DNA of 64,000 nucleotides from Alphaproteobacteria bacterium (GTDB taxonomy: Bacteria; Pseudomonadota; Alphaproteobacteria; RF32; CAG-239): NCBI GenBank assembly GCA_045537965.1, contig JAZSQL010000055.1, forward strand, positions 5,031-69,030, read 5' to 3'. The notes beneath the pieces were generated by a model, which was not told the DNA's origin, searched no databases, and was given only the letters and a program-made list of their open reading frames with translations. Each line of letters opens with the position of its first letter. The stretch's first letter is position 1. Made by a program: the position numbers and the translations under genes. Of the stretch, positions 18,076 through 30,358 are shown piece after piece.

Positions 18076-20808
18076 ATGGCAAAAAAGATTTGTTTAATTG
18101 ATGGCTCAGGATATATTTTTAGAGCTTTTTATGGATTGCCTTCGCTTAATGCTCCAGATGGTACGCCAGTTAATGCTGTATATGGTTTTATCAATATGTT
18201 TTTAAAGCTTACAACTAAGATTTCTTGTGATTATTGTTTAGTTTTGTTTGATGCTAAACGTCAAAACTTTAGAAATCAAATTTTTGCCGATTATAAAGGT
18301 ACTAGAAAAGAAATACCAGAAGAACTTATTCCTCAATTTCCCATAATTAGAGAAACTGTAGATGTTTTAAATTTGAATCATTTAGAAATGGAGGGTTATG
18401 AAGCAGATGATCTTATTGCAACTTATACAAATAAAGCATTAGCTAAAGGTTTAGAAGTTGTTGTTGTTTCTGGAGATAAGGATTTAATGCAACTTATTCG
18501 TCCTAATGTTGAATTTTATGATCCAATGAAAGATAAGTTTTTTACTTCAGAAGATGTTAAAGAAAAATTCGGAGTATATCCTGATAAAGTTGTTGAGGTT
18601 CAAGCACTTTCAGGGGATAGTATTGACAATGTTCCAGGCGTTCCAGGAATAGGTCCAAAAACAGCGGCTCAGCTTGTGAATGAGTACGGTTCAGTTGAGG
18701 GAATAATCGCCCATATTCATGAAATAAAACAAGAAAAACGCCGCCAAACAATTGTGGACAACATAAACAATGCTAGAATATCTCTTCAGTTAGTAACTTT
18801 AAAAAAAGACGTTCCCGTAGAAAAAGATATAGAAGATTTTTGTTGTCGCTATCCTGAGGCAAATAGTTTACATCTTTTTATTGACAAATATGGTTTTAAT
18901 TCTTTAAAAGGTAGAGTCGAGAAATGGCTCATAGAACGCTGTTCAGCTATTGAAAAACTAAGTGTTTCACGTGTTATAGATAAACAATACTCTATTATAG
19001 ATGATGAAGAAGGACTAAAACGTCTTTCAATGAGTATAAAACATTCTTCCAAAATGGCTGTTTCAGTTATAAGCAGTGGGTTAAACTATATTTTTGATGA
19101 TATGTTTGGTTTAGCAATCTCGTCAAATTTTGGTGAAAGTTATTATATTCCTTTCAATCAGCCATCTCAAAAAGATGACTTATTTTCACTTTCAGCCCCG
19201 ATTAAACAAATTACCAAATCTCAATTTGAGAAATACTTAAAACCATTGTTTGAAGGTAAATCTATCTTAAAAATCGGCAGTAACATTAAAAACTCCATGC
19301 ATTTTATATCCAAATGCTTCGGAAATATTGATTTTGAGCCGTATGATGATGTTTCTGTAATGTCTTATTGTTTGTCAAGCTCGGAACATTCTCATGATGT
19401 TAATTCTCTTGCCAAAGTTTATTTTGATGAGGATTTAGCTAAGCTTAATGACATTCAGAGGACAGGTAAAAACAGGGTTGAACTTTCGGTTTTGGATGTT
19501 GATGTTTTAAAAAATTATATGTGCGAGCAGGCTGATTATATTTATCGTTTGCACGATATATTAAAACAACATCTTGTTTCCGAAAGCAAAACATCAGTTT
19601 ATGAAGCTTTTGACAGACCTTTGGTGAAAACACTCTACAATATGGAGTGTCGAGGTATAAAGCTAGATGCTAAATCTCTACGCAATTTGAATCTTTGGTT
19701 TGATAAAGAGATAAAAAACATAGAGAAAGAGATTTATGAAATTGCAGGCGAAGAATTCAATATAGGTTCTCCCAAACAAATTGGTGAAATTTTATTTACT
19801 AAAAAGGGGTTAAAAGGTAAAAAAACAGCATCAGGGGCTTGGGCTACCAGCGCTGAAATTCTAGAAAATTTGGCTGAGGCTGGTGAAAAGTTGGCTTCTA
19901 AAATTTTGCAATGGCGAGAAATCAGTAAACTAAAATCAACCTACACCGATTCTCTTTTTTCTCTGATTGATAAAGAGGGTAGAATACATACCACCTATGC
20001 TCAGACAGTTGCCAATACTGGCAGACTTGCTTCAAATAATCCGAACTTGCAAAATATTCCTATTAGAAGCGAAATGGGTAAAAAAATTCGCTCATGTTTT
20101 ATATCAAAAGGAGGACACAAACTTATATCTTGTGACTATTCGCAGGTGGAATTGCGTCTATTGGCCGATGTTGCCAATGTCAAAAAATTAAAACAAGCAT
20201 TTGCTAATGGTGTAGATATTCATACAGCCACCGCTTCACACGTTTTTGGTGTAAGTTCCGAAAATGTTGATGCTAATTTGCGTCGTCAAGCTAAAGCTAT
20301 TAATTTTGGTGTTGTTTATGGTATATCTCCGTATGGGTTAGCCAAAAACATAGGTATAGACACCACGAAAGCAAAAACATATATAGAATCTTATTTTGAA
20401 CAAATGCCAGAAATAAAAGCTTATATGGAAAAAACAATATCTTTTGCTCATGCTAACGGTTATGTCGAAACTCCTTTTGGGCGTAGATGTTATATATTAG
20501 GTATAAATGATTCGAACAAAAGGATTGTAGCCAACGCAGAAAGAGCGGCTATCAATGCACCAATTCAAGGTGGAGCAGCCGATATTATCAAATTAGCGAT
20601 GAATAAAATCGAAAAGGAACTAAATAAAAAAGGTTTAAAGACTAAAATGTTACTTCAAGTTCATGATGAATTGGTTTTTGAGGCGCCCGACAGTGAAGTT
20701 GACGAAGCATTATTTGTAATTAAACAATACATGGAAAATATCGTCGATTACTCAGTCTCTTTCAAAGCAGAAGCTGGTGTTGGAAATACTTGGACTGAAG
20801 CTCATTAA
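18076..20808 (+). CDS. polA: DNA polymerase I
   Basis: 5' nuclease domain, 3'-5' exonuclease region, and polymerase motifs DYSQVELR, RRQAKAINFGVVYG and QVHDELVFE. Confidence 0.97.
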   Translation: MAKKICLIDGSGYIFRAFYGLPSLNAPDGTPVNAVYGFINMFLKLTTKISCDYCLVLFDAKRQNFRNQIFADYKGTRKEIPEELIPQFPIIRETVDVLNLNHLEMEGYEADDLIATYTNKALAKGLEVVVVSGDKDLMQLIRPNVEFYDPMKDKFFTSEDVKEKFGVYPDKVVEVQALSGDSIDNVPGVPGIGPKTAAQLVNEYGSVEGIIAHIHEIKQEKRRQTIVDNINNARISLQLVTLKKDVPVEKDIEDFCCRYPEANSLHLFIDKYGFNSLKGRVEKWLIERCSAIEKLSVSRVIDKQYSIIDDEEGLKRLSMSIKHSSKMAVSVISSGLNYIFDDMFGLAISSNFGESYYIPFNQPSQKDDLFSLSAPIKQITKSQFEKYLKPLFEGKSILKIGSNIKNSMHFISKCFGNIDFEPYDDVSVMSYCLSSSEHSHDVNSLAKVYFDEDLAKLNDIQRTGKNRVELSVLDVDVLKNYMCEQADYIYRLHDILKQHLVSESKTSVYEAFDRPLVKTLYNMECRGIKLDAKSLRNLNLWFDKEIKNIEKEIYEIAGEEFNIGSPKQIGEILFTKKGLKGKKTASGAWATSAEILENLAEAGEKLASKILQWREISKLKSTYTDSLFSLIDKEGRIHTTYAQTVANTGRLASNNPNLQNIPIRSEMGKKIRSCFISKGGHKLISCDYSQVELRLLADVANVKKLKQAFANGVDIHTATASHVFGVSSENVDANLRRQAKAINFGVVYGISPYGLAKNIGIDTTKAKTYIESYFEQMPEIKAYMEKTISFAHANGYVETPFGRRCYILGINDSNKRIVANAERAAINAPIQGGAADIIKLAMNKIEKELNKKGLKTKMLLQVHDELVFEAPDSEVDEALFVIKQYMENIVDYSVSFKAEAGVGNTWTEAH

Positions 20809-20890
20809 TAGACATCTTCAGAATATAATCAAAAAGCTTATTCATATATAAAAAACAAGGGAAAACTTTAAATTTTACTTTGGTTTTTAA

Positions 20891-23377
<2,487 letters not shown>

Positions 23378-23380
23378 TAA

Positions 23381-23415
23381 AAACCCCAAACATTTTATTG
23401 TTTGGGGTTTTTATT
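23381..23415. terminator. bidirectional Rho-independent terminator (gyrB / convergent orphan gene)
   Basis: 11-bp stem AAACCCCAAAC/GTTTGGGGTTT, flanked by A-rich sequence on the left and T-rich on the right. Confidence 0.8.
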
Positions 23416-23423
23416 AAATTGTC

Positions 23424-23972
23424 TTAGAGTTCGTCTACATTACAATAAAAGAGGAACTCATTAAATGACGCGTAGTAGCTGAAAGAATACTCCCCTACAC
23501 AAGAGCCTTGAGCATTATAGGCTCTTCCTTCCTTTTTACAATCCTCATCAATATCTGCGATATCAATAAAGATTGCAGGTAATTCAGGAGCCTTGTATCC
23601 AAATGCAATAAGATTTTCTACAGTAGCTTCGTAATCCAGCTTGTAAGTAGCAAGGTCTTCCATTTGTCTTAAACCAATGAGGCTAGCCTTTGGATGCAAA
23701 AACCGAGCGTGAGATCGCAAATCTTTTACAGAAAGATCTGTATAAGCATCTTCTTTATCGGCTAGCGTCTCAGCAAAAAGAACAAATTCTCCTATAACGA
23801 CACCAACAAACTCTTTATTGTCGATAATATTGTTGGTTATTTCATATACTCCATTTTGCTTAAACACAACAGACAGCGGAGAATCTTTGGAGATTTTTCT
23901 TGCATACTCAAGTAACTGACTCGGTTTCGCTTTAACGGCGTCTAAAATTTTAAATAAAGCGCTATTTTCCAT
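23424..23972 (-). CDS. hypothetical acidic protein
   Basis: 182-aa ORF convergent with gyrB. No recognised motif. The C-terminus is ...YCNVDEL. Confidence 0.55.
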   Translation of the reverse strand: MENSALFKILDAVKAKPSQLLEYARKISKDSPLSVVFKQNGVYEITNNIIDNKEFVGVVIGEFVLFAETLADKEDAYTDLSVKDLRSHARFLHPKASLIGLRQMEDLATYKLDYEATVENLIAFGYKAPELPAIFIDIADIDEDCKKEGRAYNAQGSCVGEYSFSYYASFNEFLFYCNVDEL

Positions 23973-24089
23973 AACTACTATTTTAAGTTAAACATAAAAA
24001 ATACAAATTTATAAATTTTAGACAAAAAATACGAAGCCGATGATTTTGTCAATAAATTTTCATTGAAAGAGCTTTTTACCATAAATATA

Positions 24090-24117
24090 TTGACTAAAGC
24101 TAATCAAAGTTTAAAAT
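24090..24117 (+). promoter_or_regulatory. candidate sigma70-type promoter for the porin operon
   Basis: TTGACT, a 16-nt spacer, then TAAAAT, lying 25 nt upstream of the porin ATG region. Confidence 0.35.
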
Positions 24118-24141
24118 TATGTAAAATAAAAAGAGGTAAAT

Positions 24142-25218
24142 ATGAATATAAAACGATTTTTTCTTTTATTTTTAATTTTAAATACGTCTGTTGTCAAAGC
24201 GGCTGAATGGGTTTATGGCATTGAAGGATATGCACAAGGGCTTTATGGTTATAGTGATACATCCAGACATAATCAAGGTGTTGGTCAGGCTAACATAGAT
24301 TCTTTCATTAAATACATATTAGATAATCAAGATTCGTTTAGTTTTCATTTAGATTTAATGTTAGGTATAGATCAAGAAATTCAAGATTATAACCAAGGGC
24401 GTTGGGGCGAAGAAGCATACGTTGTTTATAATTCAAATTATGGACAAATCATGTTAGGGCAGGTTTTTAATGTGGCATCTCTTTTTCATAATAGCGCCCC
24501 AGCTTTTGGAGCTTTAAGTTCTAACAATGATGTTGCTGATTTTATCAATAATCCCAATTGGCGCAGAACAGCAAAAGAAACAAAGTTTGCAACCCTTAAT
24601 TCAACAGATATCAATACAGATGGTGTTGCTCCAAAAATAAACTATATTTCACCAGAATTTTATGGAACAGCAATTGGTTTTTCATATGTGCCAGATAGTT
24701 ATAATCGTAGAGGTTTAATAAATAAACAGGCAAAATTTGCTCATAAAGATGGTTTTATAGGAGCAATATACAATGATACAGACTGGGGGCTATTTTCATC
24801 ACAAAGCTCTTTTGGTTATGCTCAATATCATGGAAATGACAAAGAATTTTCATACAGTTTAACTCTTAAAAGAGGAAATTGGAGTTTAGGTGGTGGGTAT
24901 AGAAAAACCTATATTGATGGTAGCAATAAAATAAATTCGAATAAAATTCTTCCTCTCGATTTTGATGGATATCGTGAAGGAGAAGCTTGGAATATAGGTT
25001 TAGGGTATGAAATAGGTCCTTTTTTATCAAGTATAAGCTATTTTGAAAGTTCATCATCTAAAACAGATAATAAAAATAAAACTATTGCATTTTCAAATGA
25101 ATACCAGTTAAATAAAAACATTAATATTTATATTGCTGCAGCATATGCTGATTATAAAAGTAATGATATTGATAAAGATGGATATGCTTTAGTAACAGGA
25201 GTGGGGTTAAATTTTTAA
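24142..25218 (+). CDS. outer-membrane porin (beta-barrel)
   Basis: Signal peptide ending VKA. Alternating amphipathic Y/G-rich strands. C-terminus GVGLNF with a terminal Phe. Confidence 0.7.
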   Translation: MNIKRFFLLFLILNTSVVKAAEWVYGIEGYAQGLYGYSDTSRHNQGVGQANIDSFIKYILDNQDSFSFHLDLMLGIDQEIQDYNQGRWGEEAYVVYNSNYGQIMLGQVFNVASLFHNSAPAFGALSSNNDVADFINNPNWRRTAKETKFATLNSTDINTDGVAPKINYISPEFYGTAIGFSYVPDSYNRRGLINKQAKFAHKDGFIGAIYNDTDWGLFSSQSSFGYAQYHGNDKEFSYSLTLKRGNWSLGGGYRKTYIDGSNKINSNKILPLDFDGYREGEAWNIGLGYEIGPFLSSISYFESSSSKTDNKNKTIAFSNEYQLNKNINIYIAAAYADYKSNDIDKDGYALVTGVGLNF

Positions 25219-25219
25219 T

Positions 25220-25837
25220 ATGCCAAATATTCTTTTTTTATCAGATAACGATGTTTTTAAAAAAGATATTTTAGATCAGATATCTTACCATATTCCAGAG
25301 TTTAAAATACCAAATAATGAAGACGATATAATTGATATAATAATTATCGATGAAAAGTTAGATTTATTGGAAAAATGTTTTCAAAAAGAAATAAAAGCTC
25401 CTGTGATTTTTTTATCTAAAACAGATAAAACTTGCAACAATAATATCCATCACACTATTATTAAACCTCTTGTGTTAAGTTCTTTTATAGACGACATAAA
25501 GTCCTCAATAAATATTTTTGAAAATTCAAACGATGGATTATTAGAATTTAATAAATATAAATTATACCCGTCTCGTAAGGAAATTTTAAATTTACGAAAT
25601 AACGAAACCATTAAATTAACAGAAAAAGAAGTAGCTATTATTAAATACCTATATAAAAATCAAGGAAAAATAGTAAGTAAAAATGATTTAATGCAAGAAG
25701 TTTGGGGCTATGTAGCAGATGTTGCTACTCACACAGTAGAAACCCACATCTATCGTTTGCGCCAAAAAGTAGAACAAGACGATGTATCTGCTCAACTTAT
25801 ACAAACCTCAGATGGTGGATATAAGCTAAATTTTTAA
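25220..25837 (+). CDS. OmpR-family winged-helix regulator with shortened receiver domain
   Basis: C-terminal trans_reg_C pattern (LTEKEVAIIKYL ... VETHIYRLRQKV ... GYKL). The N-terminal receiver of about 100 aa has D9/D11, D44, S66 and K82-P83. The start is 1 nt after the porin stop. Confidence 0.7.
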   Translation: MPNILFLSDNDVFKKDILDQISYHIPEFKIPNNEDDIIDIIIIDEKLDLLEKCFQKEIKAPVIFLSKTDKTCNNNIHHTIIKPLVLSSFIDDIKSSINIFENSNDGLLEFNKYKLYPSRKEILNLRNNETIKLTEKEVAIIKYLYKNQGKIVSKNDLMQEVWGYVADVATHTVETHIYRLRQKVEQDDVSAQLIQTSDGGYKLNF

Positions 25838-26892
25838 GTTTTTTTACTCTTTAATTGTCCGCAAGCTGCCAAAATATCCTGTCCTCTAGCCACTCGAATA
25901 GGAGCTTCATAACCAGCAGTTTCTAAAAACTTAGAAAAAGCATGAACTTTGTTGTTTGAACTAGGCTGATAGCTACATCCAGGCCAATGATTAAAAGGAA
26001 TAAGGTTAAACTTTGCTCCGAGTTTGTATTTTTTCATCAAAGATACCAAAATTTTGGCATCATCAAGGGAATCATTAAAATCTTTAAGCATTAAATATTC
26101 AAAAGTAATCATTCTACTCATGCCCATAATAGCTTGATATTTTTGACAGGCTTCAAGAATGTCTTCTATTTTATATCGATTATTTATAGGCATAATTTCT
26201 GAGCGTTTTTCATTTGTTGGTGCATGCAAGCTTATTGCTAATTTAACACCAAGCTCTGAAGCAACACTTTCAATATTTGGCACAATTCCTGATGTCGACA
26301 AAGTAATTCGTCTTTTAGATATAGCAATTCCATCTCCATCAGACAATATTTTTAATGCTTTAAAAACTTCATTCTTATTATGTAAGGGCTCTCCCATACC
26401 CATAACAACAATATTAGATAAATAACGTGTTTCATTAGTAGGCGAAGGCCATTCTCCATAGGAATCTCGCACAACCATAAATTGTGCAACAATTTCTCCA
26501 GCTGTCAAATTTCTCGTTATTTTTTGGCTTCCAGTATGACAAAATTTACAACCAACAGCACACCCAACCTGTGTTGAAATACAAACAGCCCCTCGATCAT
26601 CTTCTGGAATATAAACAGTTTCAATTCGTTGTCCATCTACAAATTCTAATAACCATTTATGAGTTTTATCAATAGATAGCTGCTCATCTACGATTTTAGG
26701 ACGAGTTATTGTGTAAAGCTCCTTTAATTTTACACGCAATTCTTTCGATAAATTGCTCATATTATCAAAATTAGTTTCGCCTCGAAAATAAATCCATTGC
26801 CAAAGTTGCTTAGCTCTAAAGGGTTTTTCACCTATAGATATAATTTCGCTAAGTAGCTCGTCTTTTGATAAACCTATAAGTTCTTTTGTCAT
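25834..26892 (-). CDS. rlmN: 23S rRNA/tRNA A2503/A37 C2-methyltransferase RlmN (radical SAM)
   Basis: FRAKQLWQWIY, the radical SAM motif CAVGCKFC, and the C-terminal GQDILAACGQL. Confidence 0.93.
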   Translation of the reverse strand: MTKELIGLSKDELLSEIISIGEKPFRAKQLWQWIYFRGETNFDNMSNLSKELRVKLKELYTITRPKIVDEQLSIDKTHKWLLEFVDGQRIETVYIPEDDRGAVCISTQVGCAVGCKFCHTGSQKITRNLTAGEIVAQFMVVRDSYGEWPSPTNETRYLSNIVVMGMGEPLHNKNEVFKALKILSDGDGIAISKRRITLSTSGIVPNIESVASELGVKLAISLHAPTNEKRSEIMPINNRYKIEDILEACQKYQAIMGMSRMITFEYLMLKDFNDSLDDAKILVSLMKKYKLGAKFNLIPFNHWPGCSYQPSSNNKVHAFSKFLETAGYEAPIRVARGQDILAACGQLKSKKT

Positions 26893-27395
26893 TATTTACA
26901 CTTATTTGAAATAGCTTTATATGCAGATGTAAAACCACTAAGAGAGTAAGTATCCTTAGTTTTGGTTCCTTTTGCAGATGTTCCATTTACAATCATTCTG
27001 CTACCACGTTTCATTGCTTCCACAATATCTCTATCATCTTGAGCTGTCATTGCCCAAGCTTTATCGCCACTGGTAAATAAAGAAAACGTTTTTGCTCCTA
27101 TTTTCATTTGGGTCTCGCTATTTTTTTTATATGGATACCCCGTATTAACATTAACAACATTATAACTTTTTTCATTAGGACGATGGGTAACAACAACATA
27201 AATATCCCCTCTTTTAGTATATTTACCCTCGTCTTTTTTAGGTGTCGATGCCATATAACACACAGGACCTGCGCTATCTCTATAGTAATAAGCAATCCAA
27301 TCACCATATTCCCCTAATATACTTTGTTCTGCCGAAAAAGCAGTATTCATATAACTTAAAACGACCAACAAACTAAAAAATAAATATTTTTTCAT
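26892..27395 (-). CDS. invasion-associated locus B (IalB) family protein
   Basis: Signal peptide, then the GDWIAYYY...GPVCYMAS and later CK pattern typical of the IalB family. Confidence 0.7.
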   Translation of the reverse strand: MKKYLFFSLLVVLSYMNTAFSAEQSILGEYGDWIAYYYRDSAGPVCYMASTPKKDEGKYTKRGDIYVVVTHRPNEKSYNVVNVNTGYPYKKNSETQMKIGAKTFSLFTSGDKAWAMTAQDDRDIVEAMKRGSRMIVNGTSAKGTKTKDTYSLSGFTSAYKAISNKCK

Positions 27396-27493
27396 ATGAA
27401 CATACTCACAGTTTAATTAAATCTAGTACAATTATATTTGCAAAATATATAAAAACTGTTAATTTCAGAAAAAATTTAAGGAAAAAGATATCA

Positions 27494-28726
27494 ATGATAA
27501 AAGATAATTATCTAGACATTTCTAAACTAACAAATAATACAAAAATTTTTAGAGTGTTTGATGTTGTTGCCGCCAGTGGTGGGGTGCTTAGATTCGTTGG
27601 TGGAGCTGTGCGAGATGCTTTAAAAGGTATTAGTAGTTCAGACTTAAACTTAGTTACCGATCTAAGTCCTGAAGAGTTAGTAGAAGCATGTTCAGATGCA
27701 GGGTTAGATACAACTCCTTTAGGAATAAAACAGGGGACAATAGGGGTTATTATTGATGATACTCAAATTGAAGTTAGCTGTTTATCCAAATATGTTAATA
27801 AAAACGGCTCAAATCAACTTGAATTTACAGATAATTGGGAGGCAGACGCATCTCGTCGTGACTTAACAATAAACGCTGTATATGCAGATGAAAAGGGAAA
27901 CGTTTTTGATTATTACAATGGAATAGAAGATTTAGAAAAAGGATTCGTTCGTTTTATAGGATCTGCATCTCAAAAAATAAAAGAAGACTATTCTCGTATT
28001 TTACGCTATATTCGTTTTTATTCTTTATTTGGATTGGAAGAGCCAAATAGAAAGGCCATAGAAGCTTGTGTTGAGAATTGTTCAGGATTAAAAAAAGTTC
28101 CAATGGAAAAAATTCGTGATGAACTATTTAAAATAATCCAAACACCCAATGCTGTACGAGCGTATCGATTAATGCAATCGAATGGTATTTTAGCCTACAT
28201 AATGCCAGACGCTGAGTATATTGATGATTTAGAGTTTTTTAATGATATAGCAAAAGAACATTATATTGATGATGCAGCAATAGTAAAAATGTTTATATTA
28301 TATCGTCCAAATAGTGCATTGGCAGAAAATTTGGCTATAAGATTAAAATTAAGTCGCAGAGAAAAACAACTTTTTACATCACTAGCTGTAAAGCAAATTT
28401 CATTGGAAGATTTAAGAGATGAAAATACGTTGAATAAAATAATTTATGAATTAGGTGTAGATTTTGCAAAAGCAAAACTACTAACTAATATTGCAGAAAG
28501 AAAAGAGATATCTGATAATTTGTGGGAAGTATATGTTAAAATATCTCAAATGATGGAACCTGTTTTTCCACTTAAAGGTAAGGATATTATAAATAATGGT
28601 GTTTCAGATGGTCAAAAAGTTGGATTAATCTTAAAAGAACTAGAGCAACGGTGGACAGATTCTAACTTTACTCTAAATAAGGAACAGCTTTTGTTAGAGA
28701 TAAATAACTTAAAAGAAGTAATATAA
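27494..28726 (+). CDS. cca: CCA-adding tRNA nucleotidyltransferase / poly(A) polymerase family protein
   Basis: FVGGAVRDALKG, DL.T and RRDLTINA motifs of class II nucleotidyltransferases. Confidence 0.8.
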   Translation: MIKDNYLDISKLTNNTKIFRVFDVVAASGGVLRFVGGAVRDALKGISSSDLNLVTDLSPEELVEACSDAGLDTTPLGIKQGTIGVIIDDTQIEVSCLSKYVNKNGSNQLEFTDNWEADASRRDLTINAVYADEKGNVFDYYNGIEDLEKGFVRFIGSASQKIKEDYSRILRYIRFYSLFGLEEPNRKAIEACVENCSGLKKVPMEKIRDELFKIIQTPNAVRAYRLMQSNGILAYIMPDAEYIDDLEFFNDIAKEHYIDDAAIVKMFILYRPNSALAENLAIRLKLSRREKQLFTSLAVKQISLEDLRDENTLNKIIYELGVDFAKAKLLTNIAERKEISDNLWEVYVKISQMMEPVFPLKGKDIINNGVSDGQKVGLILKELEQRWTDSNFTLNKEQLLLEINNLKEVI

Positions 28727-28730
28727 TAAA

Positions 28731-28754
28731 AAACCACCAAATGGTGGTTTTTTA
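28731..28754. terminator. bidirectional terminator between cca and the OB-fold gene
   Basis: Stem AAACCACC/GGTGGTTT with an AAAT loop. T-run on the plus side and an A-run on the other. Confidence 0.75.
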
Positions 28755-28766
28755 TTATAAGGTTTA

Positions 28767-29129
28767 CTATTTACTAAGCTTTTTAATAGCTTTTACATCA
28801 ATTTTAGCAGGCTTCATCATATCTTTGTCTACTTCTCCTGATATTTCTATTAATTCACCCGCTGTGACTGTAACGCCATTAAAATCTTCTTCATCTATTT
28901 CAATAACAATTTCACCTGTTTCATCTGTAAAAGCATATTTATCATCACCTAGCGCTTTAACAATCTTACCTTGCATAACAACCAATGTATCATCTGATTT
29001 GTTTTTCACATCTTTAACTGTTTCAATAACAACATTCTCGGGAATAAATATAAATCCTTTATTTTTATCTTTTGCAATAACAGGAAAAGCCACCATCGTG
29101 CATATCAAAGCTAACAATATTTTTTTCAT
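28767..29129 (-). CDS. YgiW/YdeI-family periplasmic OB-fold (BOF) stress protein
   Basis: Signal peptide MKKILLALICTMVAFPVIA. The pattern VVMQGKIVKALGDDKYAFTDETGEIVIEID is typical of BOF proteins. I chose the ATG at 29129, which has a GGAGA RBS. Confidence 0.7.
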   Translation of the reverse strand: MKKILLALICTMVAFPVIAKDKNKGFIFIPENVVIETVKDVKNKSDDTLVVMQGKIVKALGDDKYAFTDETGEIVIEIDEEDFNGVTVTAGELIEISGEVDKDMMKPAKIDVKAIKKLSK

Positions 29130-29705
29130 TTTTATCTCCTTATTTATATAAATACCATAAATAGATAAGAGTCTTTTTGAAAAAAACAAGATAACAAAAA
29201 CTAATTTATTCTAACTGGTTTAAATAATCTGTTGTAAACAAGAGCAATACCCAAAGAACAAAAAACAGTAACCAATAGAACTATTCGAGAAGAAAAAATA
29301 TCTGCAATAAAATCAAGTGAAAAAACATAAAAGATTTAAGAAGTTGTTTTGTGAAAGATTTTCAATGTGTGGGTTGAATGTCATAAATAATTTCATCGTA
29401 AATCCTTTTAGATAATAGTTTATAATAGCCGATAATGTGTCGGCTTTTATTAAATTTGCTTTGAGCGGTGGGAGAATAACTACACCACCTCAATAAGTTT
29501 AGTTTATTTGGGAAGTCGGTTAATAATGGACTTCTCTTGTCATTATCAACCACAAAAACATTTTACTATGCTTGACCGTCAAAAAGCAAAATTAAAATGC
29601 TTGTTGAATCTATTTATCTAAAAGTGATTAAAGTTTGTAATTAGATAGATTTTCTATAATTTTTTATAAAAAAGAGGATTGAAAAATGTAGCACCTGTGT
29701 AGCAC

Positions 29706-29743
29706 CGAAAAAATAAGGCTTTCGGAAAAATCCTGAAAGCCTT
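29706..29743 (-). terminator. Rho-independent terminator downstream of tRNA-Ala
   Basis: On the minus strand: AAGGCTTTC...GAAAGCCTT stem, extended by GGA/TCC, followed by ATTTTTT. Confidence 0.7.
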
Positions 29744-29751
29744 GGTTTTAT

Positions 29752-29827
<76 letters not shown>

Positions 29828-29887
29828 AAAAGTCACTCGCAATTTACTTGAAAAATGCAATATAGTCAAGCCATTTTACTATAAACA

Positions 29888-30358
29888 TCAAGAATCTTCA
29901 GGATGTTTTTTTGCAAAACCACTTTTACATTCCATTGACCAAGACATTAGTAGCTCTTCTTCTTTAGTGCTTTCATCAATTTGTTCAGCAATAATTTTAA
30001 ATCCATTTTTTTGATAAAAATGAAGAGCTTTAATGTTTTTTGTAAACACTTTTAAACTTAACTCCGAATATATTTTTTTTACATAGTTGACCAGCTTAGA
30101 ACCAATCTTTTGTTTTTGAAATAATGGATCAACAAATAAAGCTCCTATATATTTATCATCTATAATACTTATAAATCCCTTTATTTGTCTTTTATCCTCA
30201 AAAACAAAACTTTCTGTATTTGGTAAATAATACTTCTTTATAATTGGCAACATATTATGCCAATATTCATTACTGACAAAATCATGAGATTGAATACTGC
30301 CTTTAAGCCATATGGCCAGCATTTTCTCAATATCATCAGATGTATACTTTCTAATCAT
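29888..30358 (-). CDS. GNAT-family N-acetyltransferase
   Basis: Acetyl-CoA binding segment FVDPLFQKQKIGSKLVNYV and ...FYQKNGF. 4-nt overlap with the upstream eamA-like gene. Confidence 0.8.
   Translation of the reverse strand: MIRKYTSDDIEKMLAIWLKGSIQSHDFVSNEYWHNMLPIIKKYYLPNTESFVFEDKRQIKGFISIIDDKYIGALFVDPLFQKQKIGSKLVNYVKKIYSELSLKVFTKNIKALHFYQKNGFKIIAEQIDESTKEEELLMSWSMECKSGFAKKHPEDS

Noticed and set aside
18963-18978. A second parS-like sequence, TGTTTCACGTGTTATA, inside polA. A weaker AGTTTCACGTGATGAC lies near 51445.
   Set aside because: Only 13/16 and 11/16 matches, with one half-site destroyed. They are likely chance or relic sequences, though this remains untested.
28741-29151. A 136-aa plus-strand ORF, and many similar 60-130-aa track ORFs lying antisense to or inside long genes. 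Examples: 449-631, 3388-3705, 4394-4774, 12621-12917, 21868-22161, 42578-42910, 56308-56616, 60660-60986.
   Set aside because: They sit opposite well-supported genes. Their compositions are low-complexity or Ser/Ile/Phe-rich, as expected for antisense frames in AT-rich DNA. They lack RBS or family motifs.
29362-29553. A 63-aa ORF as a ParE/RelE-type toxin remnant.
   Set aside because: The resemblance is limited to a short hydrophobic-aromatic patch. There is no antitoxin partner, it has a GTG start, and there is no RBS. I kept it only as part of the tRNA-flank observation.
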